A stretch of DNA of 64,000 nt from an uncultured Gemmatimonadales bacterium (GTDB lineage: Bacteria; Gemmatimonadota; Gemmatimonadetes; Gemmatimonadales; GWC2-71-9). The stretch is from NCBI GenBank assembly GCA_963842945.1, contig CAWJIM010000020.1, forward strand, positions 32,001-96,000, in the 5' to 3' direction. Made by a program: the position numbers and the translations under genes. The notes beneath the pieces are model-generated. The model searched no databases and was not told the origin of the DNA. It worked only from the letters and a program-made list of their open reading frames with translations. Shown here piece by piece: positions 8,265-19,294 of this stretch (the first letter of the stretch is position 1; every line of letters starts with the position of its first letter).

Positions 8265-10535
8265 ATGGTGCTCGCGCTCCTGCTGCTGATCCAGGCTCCC
8301 GGCCCGGGCTCCGCCCTGACCGTGATGGGCAAGGGTTCGCCGACGGCCGAGATTCCCCGGCTGGAGAGCTCGATCCAGATCGACGGCAAGCTGGATGAGC
8401 CGGCCTGGTCGCAGGCCACGCGACTCACCGGATTCTGGCAGTATCAACCGGTGGATGGCCGGCCTGCCGAGGAGGAGACCGAGGTGCGGGTCTGGTACGC
8501 GCCGGATGCCATGTACTTCGGCATCATCGCCTACGACCGAAATCCTCGAGGCATCCGGGCCACTGTGGCGGACCGGGACAACATCGACAACGAGGATCAC
8601 GTGGTCCTCGATCTCGACACCTTTCATGACCGGCGGCGCGCCTTCTTCTTCGGCGTGAACGCGCTCGGCGTGCAAACCGACGGCGTTCGCAGCGAGGGCG
8701 CTGGCCAGGTCAGCAGCCTGATCCCCGGCAGCACGGACAAGAATCCCGATTTCACCTGGGACTCGAAGGGGCGGATCACCGACCGCGGGTTCGAGGTGGA
8801 GATCCGGATTCCGTTCAAGAGTCTGCGTTATCCGGGGAGCAATCCTCAGAGCTGGGGGTTCAATGTCACCCGAGTGGTGCAGCGCACCGGCTATACCGAC
8901 ACCTGGACCGACGTCCGCCGGGCTAACGCCAGCTTTCTGGGACAGGAAGGCGCGCTCGGCGGACTCCACGACATGCGCCACGGCGTGACGGTGGAAGCGC
9001 AGCCGTTCGTGACCGCCACCGCGGCCGGGGCCCGCGACGCCGTGAGCGAGGATTTCGTGCGGGAGGATCTCAATCCCGACGCCGGCCTCAACCTGCGGCT
9101 CGGATTCAGCAGCTACGCGCTCGACGCGACGATGAATCCCGATTTCAGCCAGGTGGAGAGCGACGAGGGTCAGGTCACGGTCAACGAGCGGTTCGCGCTG
9201 TTCTTTCCGGAGAAGCGGCCCTTCTTTCTGGAAGGGATCGAGCTGTTCGGGTCGCCTCAGACGCTGGTCTACACCCGGCGAATCGTGAATCCCAAGGCGG
9301 GGGCAAAGTTCACCGGCAAGTTCGGGCAGCTGGGGGTGGCCCACCTGACCGCAGTAGACCAGACCGACGCCTCAGATGCCTGGTTCAACATCACCCGGTT
9401 GCGGCGCGACTTCGGGCGCAATTCCCTAGCCGGGATCACCTTCACCAACCGGGATCAGACCGACAACCACAACCGGGTCCTTGCCGGCGACTTCCGCTAT
9501 GTCTGGGGACTCTACTACACCCAGTTTCAGTATGGCCGTTCCTGGACCAGCTCCAGAGACTCCTCCGTGGACGCTCCCATCTGGCAGGCCGAGTTCGACC
9601 GGACCGGCCGCTCCTGGGGCTTCAACTATTTGCTGAACGGACAGGGCGAGGGGTTCGACGCGCAGGCCGGATTCGTCAACCGGCTCCGGAGCAATGTGGT
9701 CACCGGCCACGCGTTCAACCGCTTCACTTGGTACGGCGCTCCTCGCGCGCTGCTGGAGAATCTCACCATCTTCTTCGGGCCGGAGCGGATCTGGGCATAT
9801 GACCAGTTTGGCTTCGAGCCGGCGATCGAAGGCCGGGAGCAGGTCGATGCCACCTTTCAGCTTCGAGGGGGTTGGGAGCTGAACGGGCATGGCGAACGGA
9901 ATTTCGTGGACTTCCAGGATTCGAGCTTTGCCGATTACACCATCGGCAGTCCCGGTGGTCCGGCGTACTTCCCGGAGGACTTCTCCGGGTTCACCGGCCA
10001 GGTCAAAGTCACCACTCCCACCTGGCGGAAGCTCGGAGCGGAGGTCACATATGGACGTGGGCATAGCGCCATCTTCGAGGAGGGCACCACTGGCACCGGC
10101 TGGCAGCTGAGGGGGACGCTCGATCTGCGTCCCACCAGCACCATTCGGCTGGCCGCTCTGGCGACGGTCTTCCGGCTTTATCGCCTGGACGGGAGCGAGT
10201 TCGCCCGCTCGACCATTCCCCGGCTCAAGGTTGAGTACCAACCGAACCGGGCTCTTTTCTTCCGCGCCATCGGCGAATACCGATCGGAGCGGCGCGCCAC
10301 CCTGATCGATCCGGCCTCGGGTGACTCGCTGTTCGTCGGCGGCGTGGCCCAGCCGGCCACAGAATTCAATGGCTTCCGGCTCGATCTGCTGGCCTCGTAC
10401 GAGCCGACACCGGGGACGGTGGCTTTCCTGGGTTACGGCAGCTCGCTCGAGAGCGACGAGGAGTTCAACTGGTCCCGCCTACAGCGAACGACAGACGGGT
10501 TTTTTGTGAAGCTGGCGTATCTGATAAGGCGGTAA
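8265..10535 (+). CDS. CBM9-like / DUF5916 outer-membrane protein
   Basis: IDGKLDEPAW, EIRIPFKSLRY, NPDFSQVESD, FFPEKRPFFLEG, C-terminal FFVKLAYL. Confidence 0.88.
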   Translation: MVLALLLLIQAPGPGSALTVMGKGSPTAEIPRLESSIQIDGKLDEPAWSQATRLTGFWQYQPVDGRPAEEETEVRVWYAPDAMYFGIIAYDRNPRGIRATVADRDNIDNEDHVVLDLDTFHDRRRAFFFGVNALGVQTDGVRSEGAGQVSSLIPGSTDKNPDFTWDSKGRITDRGFEVEIRIPFKSLRYPGSNPQSWGFNVTRVVQRTGYTDTWTDVRRANASFLGQEGALGGLHDMRHGVTVEAQPFVTATAAGARDAVSEDFVREDLNPDAGLNLRLGFSSYALDATMNPDFSQVESDEGQVTVNERFALFFPEKRPFFLEGIELFGSPQTLVYTRRIVNPKAGAKFTGKFGQLGVAHLTAVDQTDASDAWFNITRLRRDFGRNSLAGITFTNRDQTDNHNRVLAGDFRYVWGLYYTQFQYGRSWTSSRDSSVDAPIWQAEFDRTGRSWGFNYLLNGQGEGFDAQAGFVNRLRSNVVTGHAFNRFTWYGAPRALLENLTIFFGPERIWAYDQFGFEPAIEGREQVDATFQLRGGWELNGHGERNFVDFQDSSFADYTIGSPGGPAYFPEDFSGFTGQVKVTTPTWRKLGAEVTYGRGHSAIFEEGTTGTGWQLRGTLDLRPTSTIRLAALATVFRLYRLDGSEFARSTIPRLKVEYQPNRALFFRAIGEYRSERRATLIDPASGDSLFVGGVAQPATEFNGFRLDLLASYEPTPGTVAFLGYGSSLESDEEFNWSRLQRTTDGFFVKLAYLIRR

Positions 10536-10582
10536 GGCGGTAAGGCGGTAGGCAGTAAGGCGGAACGATGGAACGACGGTAA
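10525..10582 (+). repeat. Tandem 8-mer array (TAAGGCGG)n, degenerating, spanning the DUF5916 stop codon
   Basis: TAAGGCGG TAAGGCGG TAAGGCGG TAGGCAG TAAGGCGG AACGATGG AACGACGG TAAG. Confidence 0.9.
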
Positions 10583-10612
10583 GAGTGGCATCTCGAACAA
10601 GTCGGAGATCGA

Positions 10613-11411
10613 ATGAATCGGTATCTAGTGCAGGGAGGGGCAGAAGGTCGACCTGGACGAGTTCGATCCCGACGACACCAGCCTCCTGAAAAAGGGGAAG
10701 GAAGAGGCGCAGGCAGAGCTTCCCACGATCCTCGAGCAGTTGGCTGAGGCTCAGGAGCTGCTCTTTGCCGGCCACGAGCACAAGCTGCTGGTGGTGCTTC
10801 AGGGGATGGACACTTCAGGCAAAGACGGCGCCGTTCGCCACGTCATGCGTGGCCTCAATCCCCAGGGCACCCGAGTGGTCTCGTTTCGGAAGCCGTCTGA
10901 GGAAGAGCTGGACCACGACTTTCTCTGGCGGGTGCACTCCAAGGTGCCGGCCCGGGGCGAGGCCGTCGTGTTCAATCGAAGCCACTACGAGGATGTGCTG
11001 GTGGTACGGGTGCACAACCTGGTCCCCGAGCCGCAGTGGAAAAAGCGCTACGATCAGATCGTCGCCTTCGAGCGGATGCTCTACGAGAACGGCACCACGA
11101 TCCTGAAGTTCTTCCTTCACATCGGGCCCGACGAGCAGCGGAAGCGGCTCCAGGCGCGACTCGACGACCCGAAGAAGTGCTGGAAATTTCAACACGGCGA
11201 TCTGGAAGAGCGGAAGTTCTGGAAGGACTACATGCGGGCCTACGAGGACGCTCTCAGAAAGACGTCAACCGATTGGGCCCCCTGGTACATTGTTCCGGCC
11301 AACAAGAAATGGTACCGAAACCATCTGGTCGGTACCATCCTCGCTCAGACGCTGAAGCGGCTGAATCTGAAGTATCCCGAGTGTAGTGTCACCGGCGTGG
11401 TAGTCGAGTGA
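10613..11411 (+). CDS. ppk2: Polyphosphate kinase 2 family (polyphosphate:nucleotide phosphotransferase), frameshift near 10635
   Basis: LQGMDTSGKDG Walker A, EELDHDFLWR, FNRSHYEDVLVVRV, APWYIVPANKKW. Confidence 0.9.
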
Positions 11412-11443
11412 TCAGCCAGGCCTAGTCCTCGCCCGATCCGTCA

Positions 11444-12270
11444 TCAGCCTCGATCTCGACCGGACTCCGCGAGGATCCGCGCCGCGATCTCCTTCACGAT
11501 CTTGGCAGCCACGACGGCGGTCATCCCGCCAAGGTCCTGACGTGGGTTGAATTCGACCACGTCGGCGCCAACCAGGGTTCCGCCCAACCGTTGGACTAAC
11601 GAGAGCACCTCCCTGACCGAGAGCCCGCCAGGCTCACGGTGGGAGACACCAGGCGCAAAGGCCGGATCGAGGACGTCGAGGTCCACAGAGAGATAGACCG
11701 GACCATCCACCCTCGGCCGGGCCGCATTTTCCCAGGATCGCATCTCGATCAGCTCAACGGCATAACGCTGGGCTTGTCGTCGCTGCTGCGGGTTGATGGT
11801 GCGAATGCCAACCTGTACCAGACGCTGAGGCCAGGCCTTCCTCCATGATCCGGGCGAAGGGACAGGCATGGGAGAAACGATCTCCCTCGAACTCCTCGTA
11901 CAGGTCGGGATGGGCATCCAGATGCAGGATAGTGAGCGCGGGATGGCTTTGGCTCATGGCTCGGAGCACCGGATACGTAACCGAATGGTCCCCGCCCAGT
12001 GCCAGAGGCCGCCACCCGCCCGCGACCACCTCCGCAATCGCACTCTCGATCTCGGCTCGGGCCCGAGGGCCGGCCGACAAGAGCACATCTCCGGCGTCGC
12101 TCATGAGTCCCAGCGGACAGGTCCTGTCCCAGCTCAGTCCAGCTGTTCCAGTGAGATGACTCGAGCGCGGCACGGATGGCGGCCGGCGCTTCGGCCGCGC
12201 CGCGAAGAAATGAAGAGCTGCCGTCGTAAGGCAGCCCGATCAGCCGGACACGCGCTGGCCCCGGAGTCAC
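11444..12270 (-). CDS. speB: Agmatinase/arginase family ureohydrolase (two frameshifts)
   Basis: GLPYDGSSSFLRGAAEAP, GGDHSVT, HLDAHPD, SHACPF, SVDLDVLDPAFAPG across three frames. Confidence 0.82.
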
Positions 12271-12761
12271 AGCAGGGAGGCGGTCTCCCCGCCAAGTGCG
12301 TGGAAGGCGGCGGCAAGGGCCGGCTGGTCGGCGGCAAGAGCAAAGTCCTGGAAATCGAAGCCGGGTCCGACGGTGCACCCGGTGAGGGTGTAGGCGCCCG
12401 ACGATCGAGCCGCCTGCCACCAGCCCGCAGGAACCACGAGAACCGGCTGCTGGGCCGCTTCGGCGGGCCCGAGCCGATGGTGTTCCACCCGGTCGATCTG
12501 GGGCGACGTGAGCCACAGATCCAGCGTGGCGCCCTCGTAGAAGTGCCAGACTTCGTCCGACTGCACCCGGTGCCATCGGCTGAACTGGCCGTGGATGAGC
12601 AGGAAGTAGATCGTCGTCAGGGCGGGCCGCGGCTGCCGCCCGTCCGACGGCTTGACGGAAGCCGGCGAACGGTACACTTCCCTGTAGTAGCCTCCCTCGG
12701 GGTGGGCCCTGAGGCCGAGGCTCGTGATCAGGGCCCGGTAGCGGTCGGGCGAGGTGGTCAC
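12267..12761 (-). CDS. Cupin_5 (DUF985) family protein
   Basis: LGLRAHPEGGYYREVYRS, TTIYFLL, WHRVQSDEVWHFYEG, GCTVGPGFDFQDF. Confidence 0.9.
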   Translation of the reverse strand: MTTSPDRYRALITSLGLRAHPEGGYYREVYRSPASVKPSDGRQPRPALTTIYFLLIHGQFSRWHRVQSDEVWHFYEGATLDLWLTSPQIDRVEHHRLGPAEAAQQPVLVVPAGWWQAARSSGAYTLTGCTVGPGFDFQDFALAADQPALAAAFHALGGETASLL

Positions 12762-12850
12762 CTTCCAACCGGTCCCGTCATGCCGCTATCTATCTCGTTC
12801 TGTCTGGCGCAACCGCCAGCGTTGTTAGAGGCATCCAAAGCAGGAGACCC

Positions 12851-13535
12851 ATGAGAGTCCTACGCTCGCGTTTCGTCCCAGCCGCTTTCCTGCTGTACGC
12901 CGCGGCCGCGTGCAGCAAGGCCACCAGCGAGGGGAGCGGAGCTGCGGCCTCGCCCGCCCCCGCTTCGGAAAACCAGGCCGCCGCCGCCAAGACCAAAGGG
13001 TTATCCGTACACCCCGGCCGACGTCCAGTTCATGTCCCACATGATTGCCCACCACGCCCAGGCCCTGGTCATGGCCGGATGGGCCCAGAGCCATGGTGCG
13101 AGCCCTTCGGTTCAGACACTGGCCGGCCGGATCATCAATGGCCAGCAGGACGAGATCGCCACCATGCAGCGATGGTTGAAGGACCGGGGGCAGCCGGTGC
13201 CGGACCCGAACAAGCCCATGCAAATGCCGATGCATGATACCGGTGACCACAGCCAGGACCAGGGTATGCTGATGCCTGGCATGCTGACTGAGGCCCAGAT
13301 GAAGGAGCTGGACCAGGCTCGGGGTGCCGACTTCGACCGGCTATTTCTGACCTACATGATTCAGCACCACAAGGGCGCCGTTACCATGGTCAACCAGCTG
13401 TTCGGGACGGAGGGCGCGGCTCGGGAAGAGACCACCTTCAAGCTGGCCAATGACGTGAGCGTGGACCAGACTACGGAAATCGCCCGAATGCAGCGCATGC
13501 TCGAGGGGCTCCAGTCCAGTCACGGTTCCCCTTGA
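12851..13535 (+). CDS. DUF305 (CopM-like) lipoprotein, frameshift near 12995
   Basis: Lipobox AAAC; ADVQFMSHMIAHHAQA, QQDEI..M, MPGM, FLTYMIQHHKGA, DQTTEIARM. Confidence 0.85.
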
Positions 13536-13592
13536 AACTGTCCAGCCCTTGATCGCGTAAGCGGCCCAGGACCCTTCTCCCAAGGAATATCC

Positions 13593-15599
13593 ATGTCTTC
13601 CAGCACCTTCGCCTCCCTGACTCTGGCCCTCGGCGTGGCCGCCATGGTCGCGTGCTCTCAGTCCACTTCCAATGCCGGCACCGGCAATCCCTCGCCGGCC
13701 ACCAGCAAATCCACCACGCCGCCCAATCCCGATCCCCGGGTTGGGCTCAAGGCCGGGAAGATGGACGCCGGGGAGGCAGTGTGGAATCTGCGCGTTGTCT
13801 CGAAGACCCCGCCCTCGGAACAGTTCGTGGACGTGACCAACTCCGACCTGGCCTTCAACGGGCACTACGCGATACAGGGCAACTATAACGGATGGCAGAT
13901 CTGGGATATCAGCAACCCGAGCAAGCCCAGTCTTGCCGACGCCTACGTCTGTCCCGCCTCCCAGAGTGACGTCTCCACCTACAAGAATCTGCTCTTCGTC
14001 TCCGGCGAGAACCTCTCGGCCCGGCTGGACTGCGGGACTGAGGGGGTGGAGGACAGTGTGAGCACGGACCGGCTTCGGGGCATTCGCATCTTCGACATCA
14101 GCGACATCGCCCATCCGCGGAACGTGGGTAACGTGCAGACCTGCCGGGGCTCGCATACCCATTCGCTGCTGGTCGATCCCAAGGACCCGGCCAACGTCTA
14201 CGTCTACATCTCCGGCTCCTCGCCGGTTCGGTCCTCCAAGGAGCTGTCCGGCTGCGTCGCGGCCATGCCGACCAAGGATCCCAATTCGGCCTGGTTCCGG
14301 ATCGAGGTGATCAAGATTCCGCTGGCCCATCCGGAAAAGGCCGCCATCGTGAGCTCGCCGCGGATCTTCGACAACCTGGTGGCGCCGCCCAAGCACGGCG
14401 AAACCCCGGAGGACAGCATCGAGAACGCCAAGAAGGTTGCCGAGGCCAAGGCGAACGGCGGGTTCGTGATCTCCTTCCATGGGCACGAGCAGGTGCTGAA
14501 TCCGCACTGGGCCGAGGTACCTGCTTGACAGCACGGTCAAGGCTCGCGGCGGAAGTGGAGCACCGACGGCCGCCGACAGCGCGGCGTTGCGCCAGGCGCT
14601 GCCCGCCCTCGTCGCCTCGTTCGTCGGGCACCCAGCCGGACAGCGGCAGCGGACCGACCCAGTGCCACGATATCACGCTCTATCCCGGCATCGGTCTCGG
14701 CGGAGGTGCCTGCGAGGGTTACGGACTGCTGCTGGATATCAGCGACCCGGCGCACCCCAAGCGGCTTGCCGCCGCCTCCGACTCGAACTTCTCCTACTGG
14801 CATTCGGCCACCTTCAACAACTCAGGCAGCAAGCTCCTCTTCTCCGACGAGTGGGGCGGAGGGGGCCAGCCCAAGTGCCGGGCTACCGACAAGCGGGAGT
14901 GGGGCGCCGACGCGATCTTCACCATCGCGAACCGGCAGCAGCTGCAGTTCCAGAGCTATTACAAGCTGCCCGCTCCGCAAACAGCCCAGGAGAACTGCGT
15001 GGCCCACAACGGCTCGCTGATTCCGATCCCGGGACGGGACATGATGGTGCAGGCCTGGTACCAGGGCGGGCTCTCGGTATTCGACTGGACCGACGCCAAG
15101 CACCCGAAGGAGATCGCCTTCTTCGACCGCGGGCCGGTGGATGCGACCGAGATGGGAAACGGCGGGTACTGGAGCACCTACTGGTACAACGGCCGCATCT
15201 ACGGCTCGGAGATCTCCCGCGGGCTCGACGTCTTCGAGCTGCAGCCCAGCGGCTTCCTGACCCAGAACGAGATCGAGGCAGCCAAGTCGGTCAAGCTGGA
15301 CTACTTCAACACTCAGGGACAGGTCAAGTTCACCTGGCCGGCCTCGTATTCGCTGGCCCGGGCCTATCTGGATCAGCTCGAGCGGTCCCAGGGTATGGAT
15401 GCCGGTCAGATCGCTGATGCGCGGGCGCAGCTGGCCAAGGCCGAGAAGGCCGGCGGAGCCGGAGCAGCAGCAGACGCTGGCCCAGCTGGTTTCCCGGCTG
15501 GAGTCCGAGGCGCATGGAGCCGGCGACGCGAGCAAGGTGCGGCTCCTGGCCGGAGCGGTGAAGCAGCTGGCCACGTCGCCGAGTCTGGCGACGAAGTAG
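13593..15599 (+). CDS. LVIVD-repeat beta-propeller lipoprotein, copy 1 (frameshifts near 14520, 14630, 15460)
   Basis: Lipobox VAC; NSDLAF, CPASQSDVS, CRGSHTH, QCHDIT, YWHSATF, ENCVAHNGS; colinear with the intact copy 2. Confidence 0.85.
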
Positions 15600-15640
15600 A
15601 GAAGCGGGGAAGCGGGGCAGCAGAACGGGGTGGGAAGGGG
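15598..15640 (+). repeat. Short GCGGGG(A/C)A tandem array after stop codon
   Basis: GAAGCGGGGAAGCGGGGCAGCAGAACGGGG; same unit as at 52371, 54484 and 57286. Confidence 0.6.
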
Positions 15641-15668
15641 AGGAATCGTCCTTATTCAAGGGGTTCGC

Positions 15669-17675
15669 ATGGCATCAGCCAAGCTCATCGCGTTGTCGGT
15701 CGCCGTCGGTGTTGGAGCCCTCGCCGGGTGTTCGCACTCGGGCTCGAATCAGGCCGGCGCTCCGACGCCGGCTCAGAGCAAATCCACCCAACCACCGACA
15801 CCGGACCCACGGGTTGGGCTGAAGTCGGGGAAGACCGACGCCGGCCAAGCGATCTGGAATCTCCGGTTGGCCTCGTCCACTCCGCCCTCGAAGCAGTTCG
15901 TCGATGGGATCAACTCCGATCTGGCCTTCACCGGGCATTACGCGGTGCAGGGGAGCTTCAATGGGTATCAGGTCTGGGACATCACCGATCCCCGGAAGCC
16001 GAAGCTGGAGACCGCGTATGTCTGCCCCGGCTCTCAGAGTGATGTGTCGGTGTATCGCAACCTGCTCTTTGTCTCGGGAGAAAATCTGACCGCCCGGCTC
16101 GACTGCGGCACTCAGGGGATCGAGGATACCGTCAGTCAGGACCGGCTCAGGGGACTTCGGATTTTCGACATCAGCGATATCGCTCATCCGCGGAACGTGG
16201 GCAACGTGCAGACCTGCCGTGGGTCCCACACCCACTCGCTGCTGGTGGATCCCAAGGACAAGGACAACGTTTACGTCTACATCTCCGGTCAGGCGCCGGT
16301 GCGGTCGTCCGCCGAGCTGCCGGGCTGCGTCATAGCGCCGAAGGACCCCAACACGGCGCTGTTCCGCATCGAGGTCATCAAGGTTCCCCTGGCTCACCCG
16401 GATCAGGCGCGCATCGTGAGCTCGCCCCGGATTTTCCAGGACCTGGTGGCGCCACCCACCCACGGTGAAACCCGGGAGGACAGCCTCGCCGAGGCCAAGG
16501 CCGTGGCGGAGGCCAAGGCCAATGGCGGATTCATCGCCGTGATCCACGGAAAGGAGGAGGTGCTTCAGCCCGACGACGTGGCGGCGCTGCTGGATCGGGC
16601 GGTCAAGGCGCGGGGGGGCACCGGTGCTCCCACCGCCGCGGACAGCGCGGCGCTCAGGCAAGCACTCCCCGCCATCGTCGATTCAGCAATGAAAGCCCAG
16701 ATGGCACAGGAGCCGGACTCCACCGCCGGCCCCACCCAGTGCCACGATATCACGCTCTACCCCGGCATCGGGCGGGCCGGCGGGGCCTGCGCGGGCTACG
16801 GTCTGTTGCTCGATATCACCGATCCAGCGCAGCCGAAGCGGATCGCGGCAGCTTCCGATTCCAATTTCTCCTACTGGCACTCCGCGACCTTCAACAACAG
16901 TGGCAGCAAGATGCTGTTTTCCGACGAGTGGGGCGGCGGCGTTCAGCCCAAGTGCCGGAAGACCGACCCGAAGGAGTGGGGCGCCGACGCCATCTTCACC
17001 CTGAGCGGACAATCGTCGATGCAGTTCCAGAGCTACTACAAGATGTCCGCACCGCAGCTGCCTTCAGAGAACTGCGTGGCGCACAACGGATCACTCATTC
17101 CGATTCCCGGGCGCGACGTGATGGCGCAGGCCTGGTACCAGGGCGGGCTCTCGGTATTCGACTGGACCGACCCCAAGCACCCGAAGGAGATCGCCTACTT
17201 CGACCGGGGCCCGCTCGACCCCGAGAAGCTGGAGCTGGGTGGCTACTGGAGCACCTACTGGTACAACGGTTACATCTACGGCTCGGAGATCACTCGCGGG
17301 CTCGACGTCTTCGAGCTGCAGCCCAGCGGCTTCCTGACCCAGAACGAGATCGACGCGGCCAAGTCGGTCAAGCTGGACTACTTCAACACTCAGGGACAGG
17401 TCAAGTTCACCTGGCCGGCCTCGTATTCACTGGCCCGGGCCTACCTGGATCAGCTGGAGCGGTCGAATGGGCTGGACCAGTCGAAGATCGCCTCTGCCCG
17501 GGCCGAGCTGGCATCGGCGGAGAAGTCATCCGGCGCCATCCAGAACGCGGCCCTGGCAAGGTTGGTGTCGCAGCTGGAATCCGAGGTCAGCGGTGCGGCG
17601 GACGCCGCAAAGGTTCAGCTGCTGGCGGGAACCTTGAAGCAGCTGAAATATCAGCCGGATTTGGCGGGGCGATAA
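15669..17675 (+). CDS. LVIVD-repeat beta-propeller lipoprotein, copy 2
   Basis: Intact ORF; lipobox LAGC; same motifs as copy 1; start at MASAKL. Confidence 0.88.
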   Translation: MASAKLIALSVAVGVGALAGCSHSGSNQAGAPTPAQSKSTQPPTPDPRVGLKSGKTDAGQAIWNLRLASSTPPSKQFVDGINSDLAFTGHYAVQGSFNGYQVWDITDPRKPKLETAYVCPGSQSDVSVYRNLLFVSGENLTARLDCGTQGIEDTVSQDRLRGLRIFDISDIAHPRNVGNVQTCRGSHTHSLLVDPKDKDNVYVYISGQAPVRSSAELPGCVIAPKDPNTALFRIEVIKVPLAHPDQARIVSSPRIFQDLVAPPTHGETREDSLAEAKAVAEAKANGGFIAVIHGKEEVLQPDDVAALLDRAVKARGGTGAPTAADSAALRQALPAIVDSAMKAQMAQEPDSTAGPTQCHDITLYPGIGRAGGACAGYGLLLDITDPAQPKRIAAASDSNFSYWHSATFNNSGSKMLFSDEWGGGVQPKCRKTDPKEWGADAIFTLSGQSSMQFQSYYKMSAPQLPSENCVAHNGSLIPIPGRDVMAQAWYQGGLSVFDWTDPKHPKEIAYFDRGPLDPEKLELGGYWSTYWYNGYIYGSEITRGLDVFELQPSGFLTQNEIDAAKSVKLDYFNTQGQVKFTWPASYSLARAYLDQLERSNGLDQSKIASARAELASAEKSSGAIQNAALARLVSQLESEVSGAADAAKVQLLAGTLKQLKYQPDLAGR

Positions 17676-17701
17676 GAACGCGGTAGCATCACCCGCCCGA
17701 T

Positions 17702-17896
17702 TCAGTGTTCGCGCTCACCGGTGCCGTCTAGGCGCTGGTGGGCGCGAGGCGTTTCCGGCGTCGCCTCCTCGGTCTCCCCATTCTCCTCGGATGGAGACTC
17801 GGATCGCTCCCGGCGACGCTGGCGCTTTTCCTCCTGCTTCTGCTGCCGGTTCAATTCCTTCTGCCGCTTCTCGAAACCGTAATTCCGTTTGGGCAC
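17702..17896 (-). CDS. Small basic hypothetical protein
   Basis: MPKRNYGFEKRQKELNRQQKQEEKRQRR; GGAG RBS upstream. Confidence 0.7.
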   Translation of the reverse strand: MPKRNYGFEKRQKELNRQQKQEEKRQRRRERSESPSEENGETEEATPETPRAHQRLDGTGEREH

Positions 17897-17926
17897 AGTG
17901 ACTCCAGTGGCGTACCGCCGCTCGCC

Positions 17927-18203
17927 TCAGGCGAAGGGGCTGGTGCTGGTGATGAGGATCCGAGTGGCGTCGGGAGCTCGGCTGTCGAAGTAGGTCTCGC
18001 TCACCCGCGCCGTTCCCCTCGAGGCCGTTGTCCAGCGTGAGCGCGAGCCGCTCGTCGGGCATGAAGCCGTCGGTGCTGCGCGACATGAAGATGGCGGTCC
18101 AGGACTCCTGCTGGCGGTTGGTTTCCCGGGGTGTCACCTGGAGCTCGACCTGGTGGAGGTCCTTGTGATTGGAGCGCTCGATGGACGCGGTATAGGAGGT
18201 CAT
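17927..18203 (-). CDS. Hypothetical protein, frameshift near 18015
   Basis: MTSYTASIERS..LTLDNGLEG then TARVSETYFDSRAPDATRILITSTSPFA-stop; host-like codon use. Confidence 0.6.
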
Positions 18204-18363
18204 GACGAGCCTTCTTTCGCCGGCGAGGTAAGTGGCGCGGGAGTTCAGCTGCCCTAATGGTACATCAGAGTTCCGGTCTGCGTTGGCTTGCGGCACCCGA
18301 TGCTCGGTCAGGACGGAACGACATACCTCCGATTCGACCTTCGGCAGTGCCTCTCTCGAGGGG

Positions 18364-19293
18364 TTACTTCGGTCGGGCGACCAGTCCCAGCGGCACGCTT
18401 CGGATTCCCGGCCAGACCCGCGCCGTTCCATCGGCCTTCCGGAGCAGCAGCTGACCTGAGATCCCCCCATCCAGTAAGAGTGCGTCGTCGCAACCCAGCG
18501 CGCCCATCACGGCCGCCATCTCGGGCGTAGTGAGCCCGAACGGGACCCGGCCAAAGGTGTCGCCCAGGACATCGAATCGGGTAAGGGCGATAACTACCCG
18601 CCCATCTCTCAGCGTACCGATTGCCAGCCGGGCGTCGCGGTGGTCGAGGTTCACCCCCTGGGATGCCTGGCGGAGGGGTGTGGGGACGACGCCATCCTCC
18701 AGCAGCATGGGATAGCTCTGGAATGCCTCGAGCGCAGCCCTCTCGGCTGCGCTCGAGGGCTATGTGTTGGGCGCCACGAGTCGCACGGCGCCGTCGGGGG
18801 TGACCACGACGGCGCCGGCGAGCGGGGCGTACTCGGGTGAGAGCAGCTCCCGGCCGCCGCTCACTACCCAGCCAAAGGGTAGTGAGCGGCGGTAGGGGCC
18901 GGTGTCGAGGGCGACGGCGACGTCGCCCTCGACCTGTGCCACTGTCCAGCGCTCGTCCCGGATGAAAGCCGGGACGAGTGAGAGATGTACTTGCTGGGGT
19001 TTGAGCCGGATCACCACCACCCGGGTGCGCCAGGCTTCGCTGCTTCCCCGAAGCCGGAGCTCGCCCCACTCAACTCCCGGAGCTCCGGGTCTCCAGCTTA
19101 TCTGGTGGGCGAGCGACGCCGAGCCGTCCCAGCGGGACGGCGAGGCGTCGCGTCGCCACCAGGTTTTCCAACCGCTCGCGGTTTCAACCGCGAGCGTATC
19201 CGCCGAGCGCCCGGTTTCCGGGCGCGAGGCGGTCGCGCCGCCGGCTGCGGTGGCCAAAAGGCTCAGGAGGAAGATGCGGAGTCGCGAGTTCAT
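18364..19293 (-). CDS. Phosphodiester glycosidase family (DUF2233/NAGPA-like), frameshift near 18760
   Basis: Signal peptide; AFQSYPMLL, HRDARLAIG, GLTTPEMAAVMGALGC..ALLLDGGIS. Confidence 0.8.
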
Positions 19294-19294
19294 C

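Noticed and set aside
12809..12836. Possible ECF promoter GCAACC-N17-CATC upstream of DUF305
   Set aside because: Single weak match with no cognate sigma factor assignable from this window.
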